From a virus: 64,000 bases of DNA. Shown one piece after another: positions 1 to 10,500 of the stretch (positions within the stretch are counted from its first letter, which is position 1; the number at the start of each line of letters is the position of its first letter). Made by a program: the position numbers and the translations under genes. Under the pieces are notes generated by a model. The model did not search any database, was not told where the DNA came from, and saw nothing but the letters and a program-made list of their open reading frames with translations. The DNA lies in the IMG/VR virus record IMGVR_UViG_3300005471_000011, positions 40,108 through 104,107 of that record, one strand, 5' to 3'.

Positions 1-27
1 GGCGACCTGTAGCAAAGGAACCTAAGT

Positions 28-681
28 ATGCCGATCCGCATCAACCTTCCCGCCGCAGCCCGCATGATCCAGCAGAAGTCCCCTGCGGAGTTGACCGGCG
101 TTTACGTCGCCGTCGCAACCAAGTGCAAGGAGCTGAAGCTCACTCCGGGCCGTCGCGACACGGTGGCACCGCAGCCGTCCACCGGGGAAGGCAACATCAA
201 CTTCCGAACTCTGATCCAGTTCGCTGAATCAGTGGAGCCTCATCCGGAGAATGAGCCGGAGGCGCCGAAGATTCTGGAGCAGGACAAGCTGCGTGACGGC
301 GACAGCCAAGAGGTAATCGACGCGAAGGCATCGACCCAGCAGCGCAAGACGCAGGATCAGAGACGATTCGAAGCGGCGAAGGCAGAACGCAACGAGAACC
401 ACCGGGCGTTGCGGGTTCTGCTGGGAGCTTTGACGGCGCGGTTCACTACGGCCGGCATTCCGCTGCCGGAGATCCCCAAGACAGCAGCGGAAATTGCTGC
501 GGCCGATAAAGTCGCGGCCGACAAGAAAGCCGCTGATGACAAGGCAGCGGCCGATAAAGTCGCCGCGGAGAATGCTTCATCCCAGGTGCCGGCGCAGCAA
601 ATGAAAGCGCCGGCAGCGCCGCCCAAGGTTGGAGCACCGCCACAACCACCGGCAGGGCGCAGGGGTCCTCCTGTTGGCTAA
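28..681 (+). CDS. hypothetical phage protein with Ala/Lys/Asp low-complexity repeats and Pro-rich tail
   Basis: 217-aa ORF, upstream AAAGGA RBS, AADKVAADKKAADDK repeats; no family recognised. Confidence 0.6.
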   Translation: MPIRINLPAAARMIQQKSPAELTGVYVAVATKCKELKLTPGRRDTVAPQPSTGEGNINFRTLIQFAESVEPHPENEPEAPKILEQDKLRDGDSQEVIDAKASTQQRKTQDQRRFEAAKAERNENHRALRVLLGALTARFTTAGIPLPEIPKTAAEIAAADKVAADKKAADDKAAADKVAAENASSQVPAQQMKAPAAPPKVGAPPQPPAGRRGPPVG

Positions 682-748
682 CGCACATTTCATGGATGAG
701 ACGGCAGCCGCGGCCGGAAAACGCGGCATATTTTGAGAGCCAAGAGTC

Positions 749-3727
749 ATGCCGATTCCAAAACCCAACGACGGCGAATCCGAGTCCGACTTCCACGCAC
801 GCTGCATGGAAGCTATCGGCGGAGAATACGAGCCGGACCAAGCCAACGCGATCTGCTTTTCGCAGTATCGCGGCGACAAGCGGTCCGTGATGCTCTCGAT
901 GGTCAAGGGTCGCACGTCGGGCGAGTTCGGCTACGGCATCACCACGGCGGATCGGTATGTGGAGCAGGTGATCAAATCCTGCGGCGTGGAAGCCTCGCTG
1001 TTCAACGGCCCGGCGGCGCAGGTCGCGGCGGCGATGAAGCACGCGGCTGGCATGCTGGCGTTCTGCGGCAAGGACCAGCGCCAGGACAAGATCGAAACCG
1101 GCATGGCGGCGATGCGCAAGTTGATCGGCATGGAGCCGCCGGTGCACTCCATGATGGCAATCGTCCACCGGCTAACGACGCCGCGAGAGGACCGGGACGG
1201 CGACACGCTCCAGACCAAGGGCGCACGTCCCGACCCCAAGATGCCGTTCCTGTGGCAGCATGTGTCCACGATCCCCATCGGCAAGCTGGCGCGGGTGCTA
1301 GAGCACACGGAAGAAGTGCTGAAGATGGCGACCGTGCTCCTGGACTTGAACTCGCTGACATCAGATGTCGGCAAGCTGTTTGAGGCAGAGGCGCTGCGGT
1401 TCAGTCACGGGTTCATCCCGACCAACTTTGAGGAGCGCAAGGGCGGTCCGATGGCACGGTTCAACGTGCTGGAGTTCGATGTGGTCGAGGAGTCCGCCGT
1501 CAGCGTGCCTTCCAATGTGGACGCGGAAGTGGAGCTGTTCAGCCGAGGCAAGCTCTCCAGCGATCTGGTCAAGTCCCACGCGAAGTCGCTGTTCGACGCG
1601 CGTATCAAATCCATGCCAGTAACCGACAAGGCCAAGGCGATTTTCGAGAAGGAATCCAGCGGCAAGGGATTCCCTCGCTGTGAGGTCTGCGGGCAGATCG
1701 CCAAGCTGGAGGGCACCAAGCGATGCAAGGCGTGCCGCAGCGGCAAAAAGGAAACCAGCAACCTCGTCCGCAAGATGTTCGACATCGCGACCCAGCGAGT
1801 CGAACCGACGACGATGGAATGCGACTGGGCGGCGCGGTACATCGGCTGCTCGGTCAAGGACCTGCACATCCATTCCACGTCGGCGCGCGGGATTATGGTG
1901 GGCGGATTTCTCAAGGGGCTGGAACTGGCATGCCAGGAATTTCAGTGCAGCGACACCCGCAACATCAAAGGCGAATCGGAGTCGCCGCCGGTCTTTGAAA
2001 CCAAAGAGATCGACAGCAGCACGCGGCAGAACTTCCTGGTGGAAGGCATCCGATTCTGGCACGGCGAAGGCTATAAGATCGTCACGCGCGTGGAGCCGTA
2101 CTGGGATTCCCAGCAGCTCGTCGTTTACGCCGAAGAGGGCGAGCAGGCGCAGAAAATCATCGACGATGCCTGGGAATGGCTGGCCAAGAACAACCCGCTC
2201 AAGGGGCAGGCGTTCGCGCTGACGGGAAGTTGGATCAGCAAGAGCGGCATTGGCTGGGACGACGTGTTCCTGGAAAAGAAGATCGAGGATTCCCTCAAAC
2301 GCACGGTGCGGGTCATCAATGAAAAAGGCATTGACGCTGCCAACCGCGGCCTCATTCTTAGTGGCCCACCGGGTACGGGAAAAACTTTGTCCGCGCGGGT
2401 CATGCTCAACGAGACGAAGAACACCACGTTCATCTGGGTTAGCCCCAAGGACTTTTATCGCGGCGGCGGCTTCATGGAGGCGTTCTCGCTGGCGCGCCAG
2501 CTTGCCCCGACGGTGCTGATGTTCGAGGACATCGACAACTGGATTGACCGGTACTCGGTGGACCTGATCAAAGCGGAGATGGACGGGCTGCAAGAGTCCA
2601 CGGGCGTTGTAACGATCCTGACGACCAACTTCCCGGACCAGTTGCCGGCGGCGCTGATCGACCGACCCGGTCGTTTCCATGACGTGCTGGAAATCCACTT
2701 GCCGTCCAAGGACGTGCGGTTGCGGATGCTCCAGAAGTGGGCTGCGGATGCCACTCTGGACGCTTTGGCGGCGATGGCAGAGGAGACGGAGGGCTACAGC
2801 GGGGCGCACGTGTATGAGTTGTGCAGCTTCGCCAAGGTGCTCAAGGACGAAGACGGCAGCACGCTCGATGAAGCACTGACCAAGGCGTTTGCCAAGGTTA
2901 AGGATCAGCGCGAACTGATCAATCAGAACCAACTTGCCGGCAGCAGCTACCGTCCAAGCCGCCGGGATATCACTGACTTGGTCGCTAAAGGCTGGACGCG
3001 AGAAGAACGAATCACCGAAGGCGGAATTCAATACCGCCTCACAAAAGGAGTGGCGGCAATGGACACCAAGATCGGCGATGTGCTGCCCATGATCGGCCCC
3101 ATCCCACATGAAGGGGAAGCAGCGGCTGATTTCCAGTCGCGCTGCATCCTCGATCCAACAATGCTTGGCAACTACCCGACGGTGTCGGACCGGGAGAGCG
3201 CCTGCCGAATTTTGTTCTCTCGCGGCGACGGCATCTTCGCGGCAGCCAAGCCAACGACCAAGGAAGTCGGCACGTGCAAGGAATGCAGCAAGGAGATGGA
3301 ACTCAATCCCCAAGGCTTGTGCGCCGAGTGCGCCAGGAAACGCGACGCCGCCGGCTACGACGAGAGCGGCCAACCGAAGTCGGCACCGGTTCAGATCAAG
3401 GCAGGGCGCGTGCTGTCCAAGCGAAACATCGAGCGGCTCAGCGAAGCGCTCAAGCGGCACCAGGAAGGCATCGAGCGGATCAAGGGCGTGCTGGACGACG
3501 CCAACCCGACCGAAGAAGTCGCACCAACGGAGCCAGGTGCCAATGCACCGCTCGCCGGACCAGATCACGTGATGACCCAGGCGGTGCTGCTGGTCGCCGA
3601 GGACCGCGCCGCGCGGGACAAACTGCGCAAGGCCATCGATGCGTTCGATTTGGCGGACGAAGAGGAGCAGAAATCATCGGATTACGAATCACTGTTCGAA
3701 GAGGCGTTAGTTGCGGAAACGGCTTGA
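749..3727 (+). CDS. HK97-type prohead maturation protease fused to an AAA+ ATPase
   Basis: Protease motifs DRDGD, LWQH..PIGK, FSHGF, EESAVSVPSN; AAA Walker A GPPGTGKT, Walker B VLMFEDID, second region of homology TTNFPDQLPAALIDRPGRF; two CxxC..CxxC ribbons; lies directly upstream of the capsid gene. Confidence 0.85.
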   Translation: MPIPKPNDGESESDFHARCMEAIGGEYEPDQANAICFSQYRGDKRSVMLSMVKGRTSGEFGYGITTADRYVEQVIKSCGVEASLFNGPAAQVAAAMKHAAGMLAFCGKDQRQDKIETGMAAMRKLIGMEPPVHSMMAIVHRLTTPREDRDGDTLQTKGARPDPKMPFLWQHVSTIPIGKLARVLEHTEEVLKMATVLLDLNSLTSDVGKLFEAEALRFSHGFIPTNFEERKGGPMARFNVLEFDVVEESAVSVPSNVDAEVELFSRGKLSSDLVKSHAKSLFDARIKSMPVTDKAKAIFEKESSGKGFPRCEVCGQIAKLEGTKRCKACRSGKKETSNLVRKMFDIATQRVEPTTMECDWAARYIGCSVKDLHIHSTSARGIMVGGFLKGLELACQEFQCSDTRNIKGESESPPVFETKEIDSSTRQNFLVEGIRFWHGEGYKIVTRVEPYWDSQQLVVYAEEGEQAQKIIDDAWEWLAKNNPLKGQAFALTGSWISKSGIGWDDVFLEKKIEDSLKRTVRVINEKGIDAANRGLILSGPPGTGKTLSARVMLNETKNTTFIWVSPKDFYRGGGFMEAFSLARQLAPTVLMFEDIDNWIDRYSVDLIKAEMDGLQESTGVVTILTTNFPDQLPAALIDRPGRFHDVLEIHLPSKDVRLRMLQKWAADATLDALAAMAEETEGYSGAHVYELCSFAKVLKDEDGSTLDEALTKAFAKVKDQRELINQNQLAGSSYRPSRRDITDLVAKGWTREERITEGGIQYRLTKGVAAMDTKIGDVLPMIGPIPHEGEAAADFQSRCILDPTMLGNYPTVSDRESACRILFSRGDGIFAAAKPTTKEVGTCKECSKEMELNPQGLCAECARKRDAAGYDESGQPKSAPVQIKAGRVLSKRNIERLSEALKRHQEGIERIKGVLDDANPTEEVAPTEPGANAPLAGPDHVMTQAVLLVAEDRAARDKLRKAIDAFDLADEEEQKSSDYESLFEEALVAETA

Positions 3728-3793
3728 CGCCGCCCGCAGTGTTCCATAGACGGGCCGCTGCTGCGGCGATAGAACTGTAACCTTCCTAGGAGA

Positions 3794-5428
3794 ATGATCA
3801 TGAAAGTCACGAGCCAATTGAAGGCGTGGCTCCAGAGCGAAAAAGGCGTCAAGCCGGACGCGACGGAGCAGGACTACCGACAGGCCGCCGCCAAGGCGCT
3901 GACGGATGACACCAACCCGCTGTCTGCGGAGAAGTTTGCGGAGCTGACGGCAGGGGAGGCAGTAAAGCCCGCCAACGCCATGCTGGCGATGATGGAGAAG
4001 ATGAACGCCCGGCTGGACGAGCAAGATGCTCGTTTCAAGAGCATAGAGACAGGTGGTCACCGCGCGGAAGCACCGATCGTTCCAGCCGGCTTGAAAGCGG
4101 CGATCATGGGCGGTGCCAGCGAGATCCCCGACGCCAGCGGTCAGCCGCGCATCAAGCGAGCGGCGGAGCGCTACAACAAGGCGCGCGGCGAGCTGCGATT
4201 CCCGGAGCCGGAGATCAAGAACGAGCGGTATGCCCTGCATCCCCGCAAGGGCCAGCTCGCCAGCTACGGCTCCGCCGGTCGCCATTGCGGCGAGTTTCAG
4301 GTCGGGCAACTTTCCGAGCTGGAGAAGGCTTGCTGCGGCTCATTCATCAAGTTCAGCATCCACAAGGCAGCCAACGGCTTTGGTCCGCCGGTGCCGCACA
4401 ACCTGCGCATGAACGATCAAGACTGGGACTTGGTCCAGTACATGATCGAGGAGTGCGAGTGGGGCGGTGTGCTCCACGGGGAAGGCAGCGACTTCGAAGG
4501 CGCGGTCGGCTTGAACGGCAAGCAGCGCCTGATCAAGGGCGCGCAGTTCAACATGCAGAAGGCGCTGCTGGACGATAACACGTCCGGCGGTCTGGAAGCG
4601 GCGCCGATCTTCTTCGACGAGATGCTGATCACCACGCCGCTGCTTCACGGGGAATTGTTCCCGTCGGTGGAAGTTATCAACGTCACGCGCGGGCGGCGCA
4701 TCGAGGGCGTCACGATGTCCAACGTGACCCTCGGCGCGGCGACGGAAGGTTCCACGATCACTCTGTTCAACACCGCAGCTTTCATTGCGGCGTTCGACAC
4801 GACGATCTTCGTGTGCATGGGTGCCATCGAAATCGGTCTGGACTTCCTGTCCGACTCTCCGATTGACATTGCCGGCGCGGTGGCCAAGAGCTACCAGGAG
4901 CGGCTGCTGTCCTGGCTGGACGAGCAGATCGCCATCGGCGACGGCACCACGGAGCCGGAAGGTTTGCTTAACAGCGGTGCCACGTCCGTCGGTTCCACCA
5001 ACACGTCGGCAGGTCCTTGGACGATTGGCGATGAGTTGGCGCTGATGTTCGCCGTGGCCAAGCAGTATCAAACTGGCTTTGACCGCTCGCGTATCCGCTA
5101 CAGCGGCAACGAAGTGACGTACCGCCGGCTGCGGTCGATCCAGGTGACGACCTCGGATCAGCGACTCGTCCAGGGCATGGACGTGCGGTCGTACATGATC
5201 CTGGACCAGCCTTACGCCGTGAACGGCAACTGGACCAACCGCCAGCTTGCCTACGCGAATCTGGCTCGTTACCGGATGTATCGCCGCCTTGGCATGACCG
5301 TCCGCTGGGAAACCGCCGGCGCCACACTGGGTCGCAGCAACACCGGTTTGCTGATTGCCCGCTCGCGTTGGGGTGGGCAGTTGACGGACGCGCTGGCCGC
5401 TTCTCTTTGCACCGACGGCATGTCGTAA
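3794..5428 (+). CDS. major capsid protein (HK97 fold) with long N-terminal delta/scaffold region
   Basis: Follows the protease; KALLDDNTSGG..AP start of the mature domain, IAIGDGTTEPEGLL, C-terminal SRWGGQL..ALA; AGGAG RBS. Confidence 0.85.
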   Translation: MIMKVTSQLKAWLQSEKGVKPDATEQDYRQAAAKALTDDTNPLSAEKFAELTAGEAVKPANAMLAMMEKMNARLDEQDARFKSIETGGHRAEAPIVPAGLKAAIMGGASEIPDASGQPRIKRAAERYNKARGELRFPEPEIKNERYALHPRKGQLASYGSAGRHCGEFQVGQLSELEKACCGSFIKFSIHKAANGFGPPVPHNLRMNDQDWDLVQYMIEECEWGGVLHGEGSDFEGAVGLNGKQRLIKGAQFNMQKALLDDNTSGGLEAAPIFFDEMLITTPLLHGELFPSVEVINVTRGRRIEGVTMSNVTLGAATEGSTITLFNTAAFIAAFDTTIFVCMGAIEIGLDFLSDSPIDIAGAVAKSYQERLLSWLDEQIAIGDGTTEPEGLLNSGATSVGSTNTSAGPWTIGDELALMFAVAKQYQTGFDRSRIRYSGNEVTYRRLRSIQVTTSDQRLVQGMDVRSYMILDQPYAVNGNWTNRQLAYANLARYRMYRRLGMTVRWETAGATLGRSNTGLLIARSRWGGQLTDALAASLCTDGMS

Positions 5429-5512
5429 TGATGCCGTGACAAACCATCGAGCCTGTCAGCAGGAACGCTGGCAGGCCGATTTCCCGCGTGTTTCATTTCT
5501 TAGGAGCCTCAC

Positions 5513-6199
5513 ATGAGCAACGAAGGTCAAGGGTCGAGTCAGCCTCCGCCTGAGCAGAAGAACCAGCCGCAGCGCGCGCGCTGGCCGGATGTGCTCACGG
5601 TGGAGTTTGGCAACGATCACCAGACGGTCCAGGTGGTCATCAACAGCAAGCCCATCGACGGTCCCGTTCGTGGGTCGTTCAACAAGGGGCGCATGGGCAG
5701 CCGCAAGCACCGCGCCAGCTCCTCCAACAACGCCTACGAGGAGGGAACGCTGCTGGGCATGCGCACGCTTTCCGACGCTACAAACCGAATCCCTGACATG
5801 CCAGGAATAAGGCTGGTACTGGACTGCCAGCGACGCACGGCGATCCTGTTTGATCCCTGCGAGCCGGGCGGGGACGGGGAAGCGGCGATGAAAGCCTACA
5901 ACGTATTCGCGGAGTCCAAGCAGTTCCCAGGCTTCGACGTAGCGGCACCCGTTCGCCGCCGGGAATACAAGAAGCTGGAGGACGACCAGATGAAGTCCAT
6001 CCTGGTCGAGCTTCGCAACAAGCTGGATGGCGGCATGCTGAGCGTCGTCAGCGGAGATCTTCCGAGCATGGAAGCCATCGACAAGATGGCGGGGCGAGAG
6101 ATTTACGACCCGTGGAACACCGATGGTCCCAAGCCCAAGTACAAGGATGAGCTAGGCAAGTGGCGTGAAAGCCGCGAGCGACTGGCCTCGCAGTTCTAA
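5513..6199 (+). CDS. hypothetical protein (head-associated by position)
   Basis: 228-aa ORF with TAGGAG RBS, immediately after the capsid gene. Confidence 0.6.
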   Translation: MSNEGQGSSQPPPEQKNQPQRARWPDVLTVEFGNDHQTVQVVINSKPIDGPVRGSFNKGRMGSRKHRASSSNNAYEEGTLLGMRTLSDATNRIPDMPGIRLVLDCQRRTAILFDPCEPGGDGEAAMKAYNVFAESKQFPGFDVAAPVRRREYKKLEDDQMKSILVELRNKLDGGMLSVVSGDLPSMEAIDKMAGREIYDPWNTDGPKPKYKDELGKWRESRERLASQF

Positions 6200-6253
6200 A
6201 TCATTTGAGCCAGCACGGCTGTGGGATGAGGCTCCTCCGGCCTTGCAGCGGGA

Positions 6254-6301
6254 CCGAGCAAGCCGGGCCAGTAACCCTGGACCCGGCTGCTCGGCTTTTT
6301 T
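6254..6301 (+). terminator. rho-independent terminator
   Basis: CCGAGCA-AGCCGGG-CCAG / CTGG-A-CCCGGCT-GCTCGG stem followed by CTTTTTT. Confidence 0.7.
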
Positions 6302-6313
6302 GGAGTGTAAACC

Positions 6314-6475
6314 ATGCCGGGGACGCAAGACAAGGCGCAGCGGCCGGCGGAGCAGGCAGGGAAGTGCCAGCATTGCTCCGGCACCGGGACGACGAAGAAG
6401 GCAAACGGCGCAAAGGTCGCGTGCATGCACTGCCGAGGAACGGGCAGCGCGGCGCGCGGCTATGTGACCAAGTAA
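6314..6475 (+). CDS. small DnaJ-type zinc-finger protein (53 aa, absent from the ORF track)
   Basis: Manual translation MPGTQDKAQRPAEQAGKCQHCSGTGTTKKANGAKVACMHCRGTGSAARGYVTK; two CxxCxGxG motifs; GGAG RBS. Confidence 0.7.
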   Translation: MPGTQDKAQRPAEQAGKCQHCSGTGTTKKANGAKVACMHCRGTGSAARGYVTK

Positions 6476-6506
6476 AGTTCGGGGCATTCATGGACGCAAT
6501 CAGGCG

Positions 6507-6794
6507 ATGGACGGCGACCCGTTGCATTCTGAACAGCTAATGCGGCTGACCATCGCGGTTGAAAAACTCGCGAGCGAGGTCGCCAACCAGACCAGGGTGA
6601 TTAATGATTCAACCCAAAAAATAGCCGAGATTGAGGAGCGGATTGCCGGCGAGAACGGCATATCAACCAGGTTGGCCGTTGGCGAGGATCGCTTGAAGCG
6701 GCTCAGCACGACGGTGTACGGGACGATTGCTGTGGTCGGGACGGAGTTCATTGGTTTCGTGTTCATTATCCTCGAAAGACTGCTCAAGCGATGA
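6507..6794 (+). CDS. coiled-coil protein with C-terminal transmembrane helix (holin/XhlA-like candidate)
   Basis: Heptad N-terminus then hydrophobic VYGTIAVVGTEFIGFVFIIL. Confidence 0.5.
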   Translation: MDGDPLHSEQLMRLTIAVEKLASEVANQTRVINDSTQKIAEIEERIAGENGISTRLAVGEDRLKRLSTTVYGTIAVVGTEFIGFVFIILERLLKR

Positions 6795-7294
6795 CGATGT
6801 CTGAAAGCATTAACACAGACTCCGTCGCTTCCGTCATCGAGGAACTGAAGGGAATCAGGGCAGCGCTGCGAGGCGAGCGCAAGATCGGCGCCCTGCCCAT
6901 CATGCTTCAGGATGTGCTGTCGAGCGTGCCGCTGCTGATCGTCGATATGGATAGCGGCAAAATCCTGTACGCGACGGAAGAAGCGGATGATCTGTTCGGC
7001 TACATCCCAGGCGAGTTAGCCGGCAAAGACTTGCACGTTTTGATCCCCAAGGAACTCCGGGATCGGCATCGTGAACATCTTCAGAAATACCGCGAGTGGC
7101 CTCGCAAACGCCGGATGGGGATATTCGGGATGGATTTAATGGGACTGCACCGGGATGGCCATACGTTTCATTTGGCGATTGGGCTCGTGCCGCGCGTCGT
7201 GGATGAGCAACGCATCGTCATCGCAACGATCTTCGACGCGGATACTTCCGTGGAACCATCGCTGCATTACGACGCGGGAGGGTTGAAGCATTGA
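6791..7294 (+). CDS. standalone PAS-domain (FixL-like) protein
   Basis: A..LFGY...ELAG..L..LIP...RDRHREHLQKY...MG...L.GLHRDG..F.L pattern typical of PAS S-box domains. Confidence 0.8.
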   Translation: MTMSESINTDSVASVIEELKGIRAALRGERKIGALPIMLQDVLSSVPLLIVDMDSGKILYATEEADDLFGYIPGELAGKDLHVLIPKELRDRHREHLQKYREWPRKRRMGIFGMDLMGLHRDGHTFHLAIGLVPRVVDEQRIVIATIFDADTSVEPSLHYDAGGLKH

Positions 7295-7488
7295 ACCCGC
7301 AGTCCAATCAATTTGTGGTGGCAGTGTTAATCGGGTTGGCGCTGGTCTCGCCTTGGTTCGGCGTCATAACAGTGTGGGTCTTGGTCAACGGGTTGTCGAA
7401 ACGGTTCGATTATTTCCAGGGCTATTGGGAGAGCAGGCTGGCGAAGCGAGACAGCACAGTCAAGGATGCGCAGGTAGCTCAGAAGTGA
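7291..7488 (+). CDS. small membrane protein
   Basis: 65 aa with an N-terminal hydrophobic helix; overlapping start/stop with the PAS gene. Confidence 0.45.
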   Translation: MNPQSNQFVVAVLIGLALVSPWFGVITVWVLVNGLSKRFDYFQGYWESRLAKRDSTVKDAQVAQK

Positions 7489-7524
7489 GATTGCCGATGC
7501 GCAGAGCGATGACAAGAGCGACTC

Positions 7525-10500
7525 ATGCGGACAAAGCGAAAACTCATCTTCGTGCCGGCGGCAGCGGAAGGGCCTAGTAATTTCCCGTCTGGAGCTATTG
7601 GCATTTTTCTCTTAGGCGGTGGCAGCGGCGACACGATTCCTAATCTCGTCTCTGGTATATCTGACCTGACGCTCGTCGGCTCGGAAGACCCGCCCGACGA
7701 CGCTTCGAATCCGCCAGGCAATCACGATGCCATAAGATTCGATGGCAAGTTGACGCTCAACTCCGGCATCGGACCAACCTACACGCATACCTTCCCGCTC
7801 GACTACACGAAGGGCACCTACGCGGTCAGCGAGCCATTTCCCAATACGTTCGGGAGTGGCGGGACGTGGGGAGTTAGGTTCCGCTCAGCGCCGTGGGTGT
7901 TTTACGGAGAAGGAGAGTACCTCCCGATGGCAAGTGCCGGACAGATGGGCATTTGCACTTTCCGGCCTTACGACATGGCTACCGAGAGTGAGCTGTACCC
8001 CAACATCGAGGACGGCGCGCGGTATCTTAGATTCATCCGGTATGATCCTACCCCCGGCCAGCTCTTTATGGTTGCTGGAGAGGGCAACCCGGAACTCGGC
8101 CCGAACTCAGACAGGATCGACGCGGTTGACGCCTATCCTGACTACGGCATGAGCGACATGGACGTTGACCATATCGCTATCGTCTCGTTCACGCCTGAGT
8201 ACGTAAAGCTTTACGTTGACAATGTGCTGGTTGGCACGACTACTCGTCAGACAGAGAACTACGAAACTGACTATTTAACGATCCAGCTTGGCCTTCACAA
8301 CCTGATTCATTCTTCGGAGCGATGCTACTTCGACGGCGAGTTGAACTGGCTTGCCGTCTATGACAGAACGCTGACGGGCGATGCGACAAACGAAGGGGAA
8401 AACCCGACCGGAGAAATCAACGCTCTGTATGAGGCGATGGCCGCTGAGCCGGGCACGTATCCGACTTACGAGTCCATCGTCCTCCCGCACGACACGATTC
8501 CCAATCTAGCCGTCTCGGCTGACACCAAGGCCATAAGCAGCGGGCCGTGGTCTAGTTCTGCTACTTGGGATAACGGGCTGCCGGCTGCTGGCGACACTTG
8601 GGGAATCTGCGCTGGGATCGTCGTTGACTATGACATGGGCAACGACACGACTCGCTATCGGGCGGGCGGTATCGCTCCCACAGGACGGTTGAGGTTTCCG
8701 CGAGACGCAGACAGCCAACTCTGGATTCAGCACCTGATGGAGTATTGGGACGAGGATAGCGGCAAGCTCGGCTGGCTGGACATGGGCACGGAGACGAATC
8801 CCATCCAAGCAGCATTCACCTGCGAGACCATTATTCTCAATGAACCGCTGGAAACAGGAACAGCAGCGTCTCCCGGTGTTGACCCCAAGCAGTACGGCAA
8901 CGGTTTGATTTCTCTTGGCAAGTGGACGGCGAAAGGTAAGGAACGCACGCGGCTGCTGCGACTGGGTGCCGAGCCGCAGGCGACGGATACGACGCTCACT
9001 CTCTCGGCGACTCCGACCGGCTGGGAGGACGGCGACGATCTTCTCATACCCGACAGCCGCCAGCTTGATTCCAGCACCTATCTAGGAAACTATGCCTCAC
9101 ATTGGGAGATTCGGCAGCAGGCCAGTCGCAGCGGGACGGTGGTGACGCTTGACTCCGCTTTGAGCTACGACCATCCAGGCGGTGAGTCCAACTACAGCGT
9201 CGGGCAAGGGACCGGTGAGGCGGACTTTCTGCCGCACGTCGCGAATCTGACGAGCAACGTCATTGTGCGGTCGGAGGACGGGACCGGAACTCGTGGGCAT
9301 ATCTTCGTGACGCATCGGGCACATCTTGATATCTGCGACATCCGAATCTCGCAGATGGGCCGGACGGCTAATGGGCCGGCGTCCAGCGGCACACAGGGAT
9401 TAAACAACACGATCCTCGGCAAGACTGTAACTGGGGCGACGAACGCCAGCCCAATCGTCGTCACGGTCTCCGACGACTTCACCGAACTGCGGAACCTGCT
9501 CCACAATGGTGATGAGGTCTATATCTCTGGCGTCGGTGGCAACACGGCAGCCAACGGCACGTTCACTATCGCCAACGTAACGCTGGGGCTGTTCGTATAT
9601 ACGTTCGAGCTTGTCGGAACGACTGGGAACGGCGCATACACCAGCGGTGGAACTGTCAACCACATCGGCACGAATCAGATCGGCCGGTATGCCTTCCACG
9701 CTCACCACTTGTATGGACCCGTGAACGGCGTCGGTGACTTCTCGACCGAGACCGCTGACTTGGTATTGGAGGCGACAACAGCCACTGGCGACTCTATCTT
9801 GGCGGCCACCGGATCAGCGGGACCTGACCCAATCGACCTGACAGGCGTCCAGCGTCAGGGAAGGATCGAGCGGGTAGTGATCGACGATCCGTTGCCGGCC
9901 CCGCCTTCGGCCACGCTGCCGGCGTCGAAGTGGGGCATGACAGTCCACGGTACGGGCTACCTGGAAATCAAGGACTGCGTTGTTTTGCACTATGCCGGTT
10001 CTGGAGGTGCCATTGAGGATGGCAGCGAGAAGCACAATGCATTCATCCGCGTCGCCAACTTTAGCTGCATTGGAGACGTGAGCGCCCGCGAGACGGACGG
10101 TCGCTCCGGCACCGGCATCTTTGGCATCGGCTTCAACAACTTCTTCATCGACTGCGTGTCCGCCGGCTGCGCTGGCAAGTACAGCGGCATCGTCTCTGGT
10201 TCGGGCTATCTGCTCTTTGTTCCCCCGTCTTCTACAGCCAACACGCGCCAGCCGCTGTATCCGGGTGCGGACGTCCACGACGGCACGGAGGGCGTGGATT
10301 ACGAGTTGGTCAACATCTTGGAACAGCCAATCGCTGCGTTCTATCGCAATGAGGCATACGGTGCCATCGCCGCAGCTATTGACATCTGGCACCTCGGCAG
10401 CGGTGGGTACAGCACGGTGGACGTGACGCCTACCGTGCTGCTGGAGTGCGTGAGTTGGCACGCCTGGGAAGAGGGTCTAGCGTTCCTCTACCCGACCTCA

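Noticed and set aside
1361-3568. 735-aa minus-strand ORF
   Set aside because: Antisense to the protease-AAA gene; expected in GC-rich DNA and has no motifs.
5451-5476. Hairpin after the capsid gene as terminator
   Set aside because: The 10-bp stem GCCTGTCAGC/GCTGGCAGGC lacks an adjacent U-tract; it may be a stabilising hairpin but is not supportable as a terminator.
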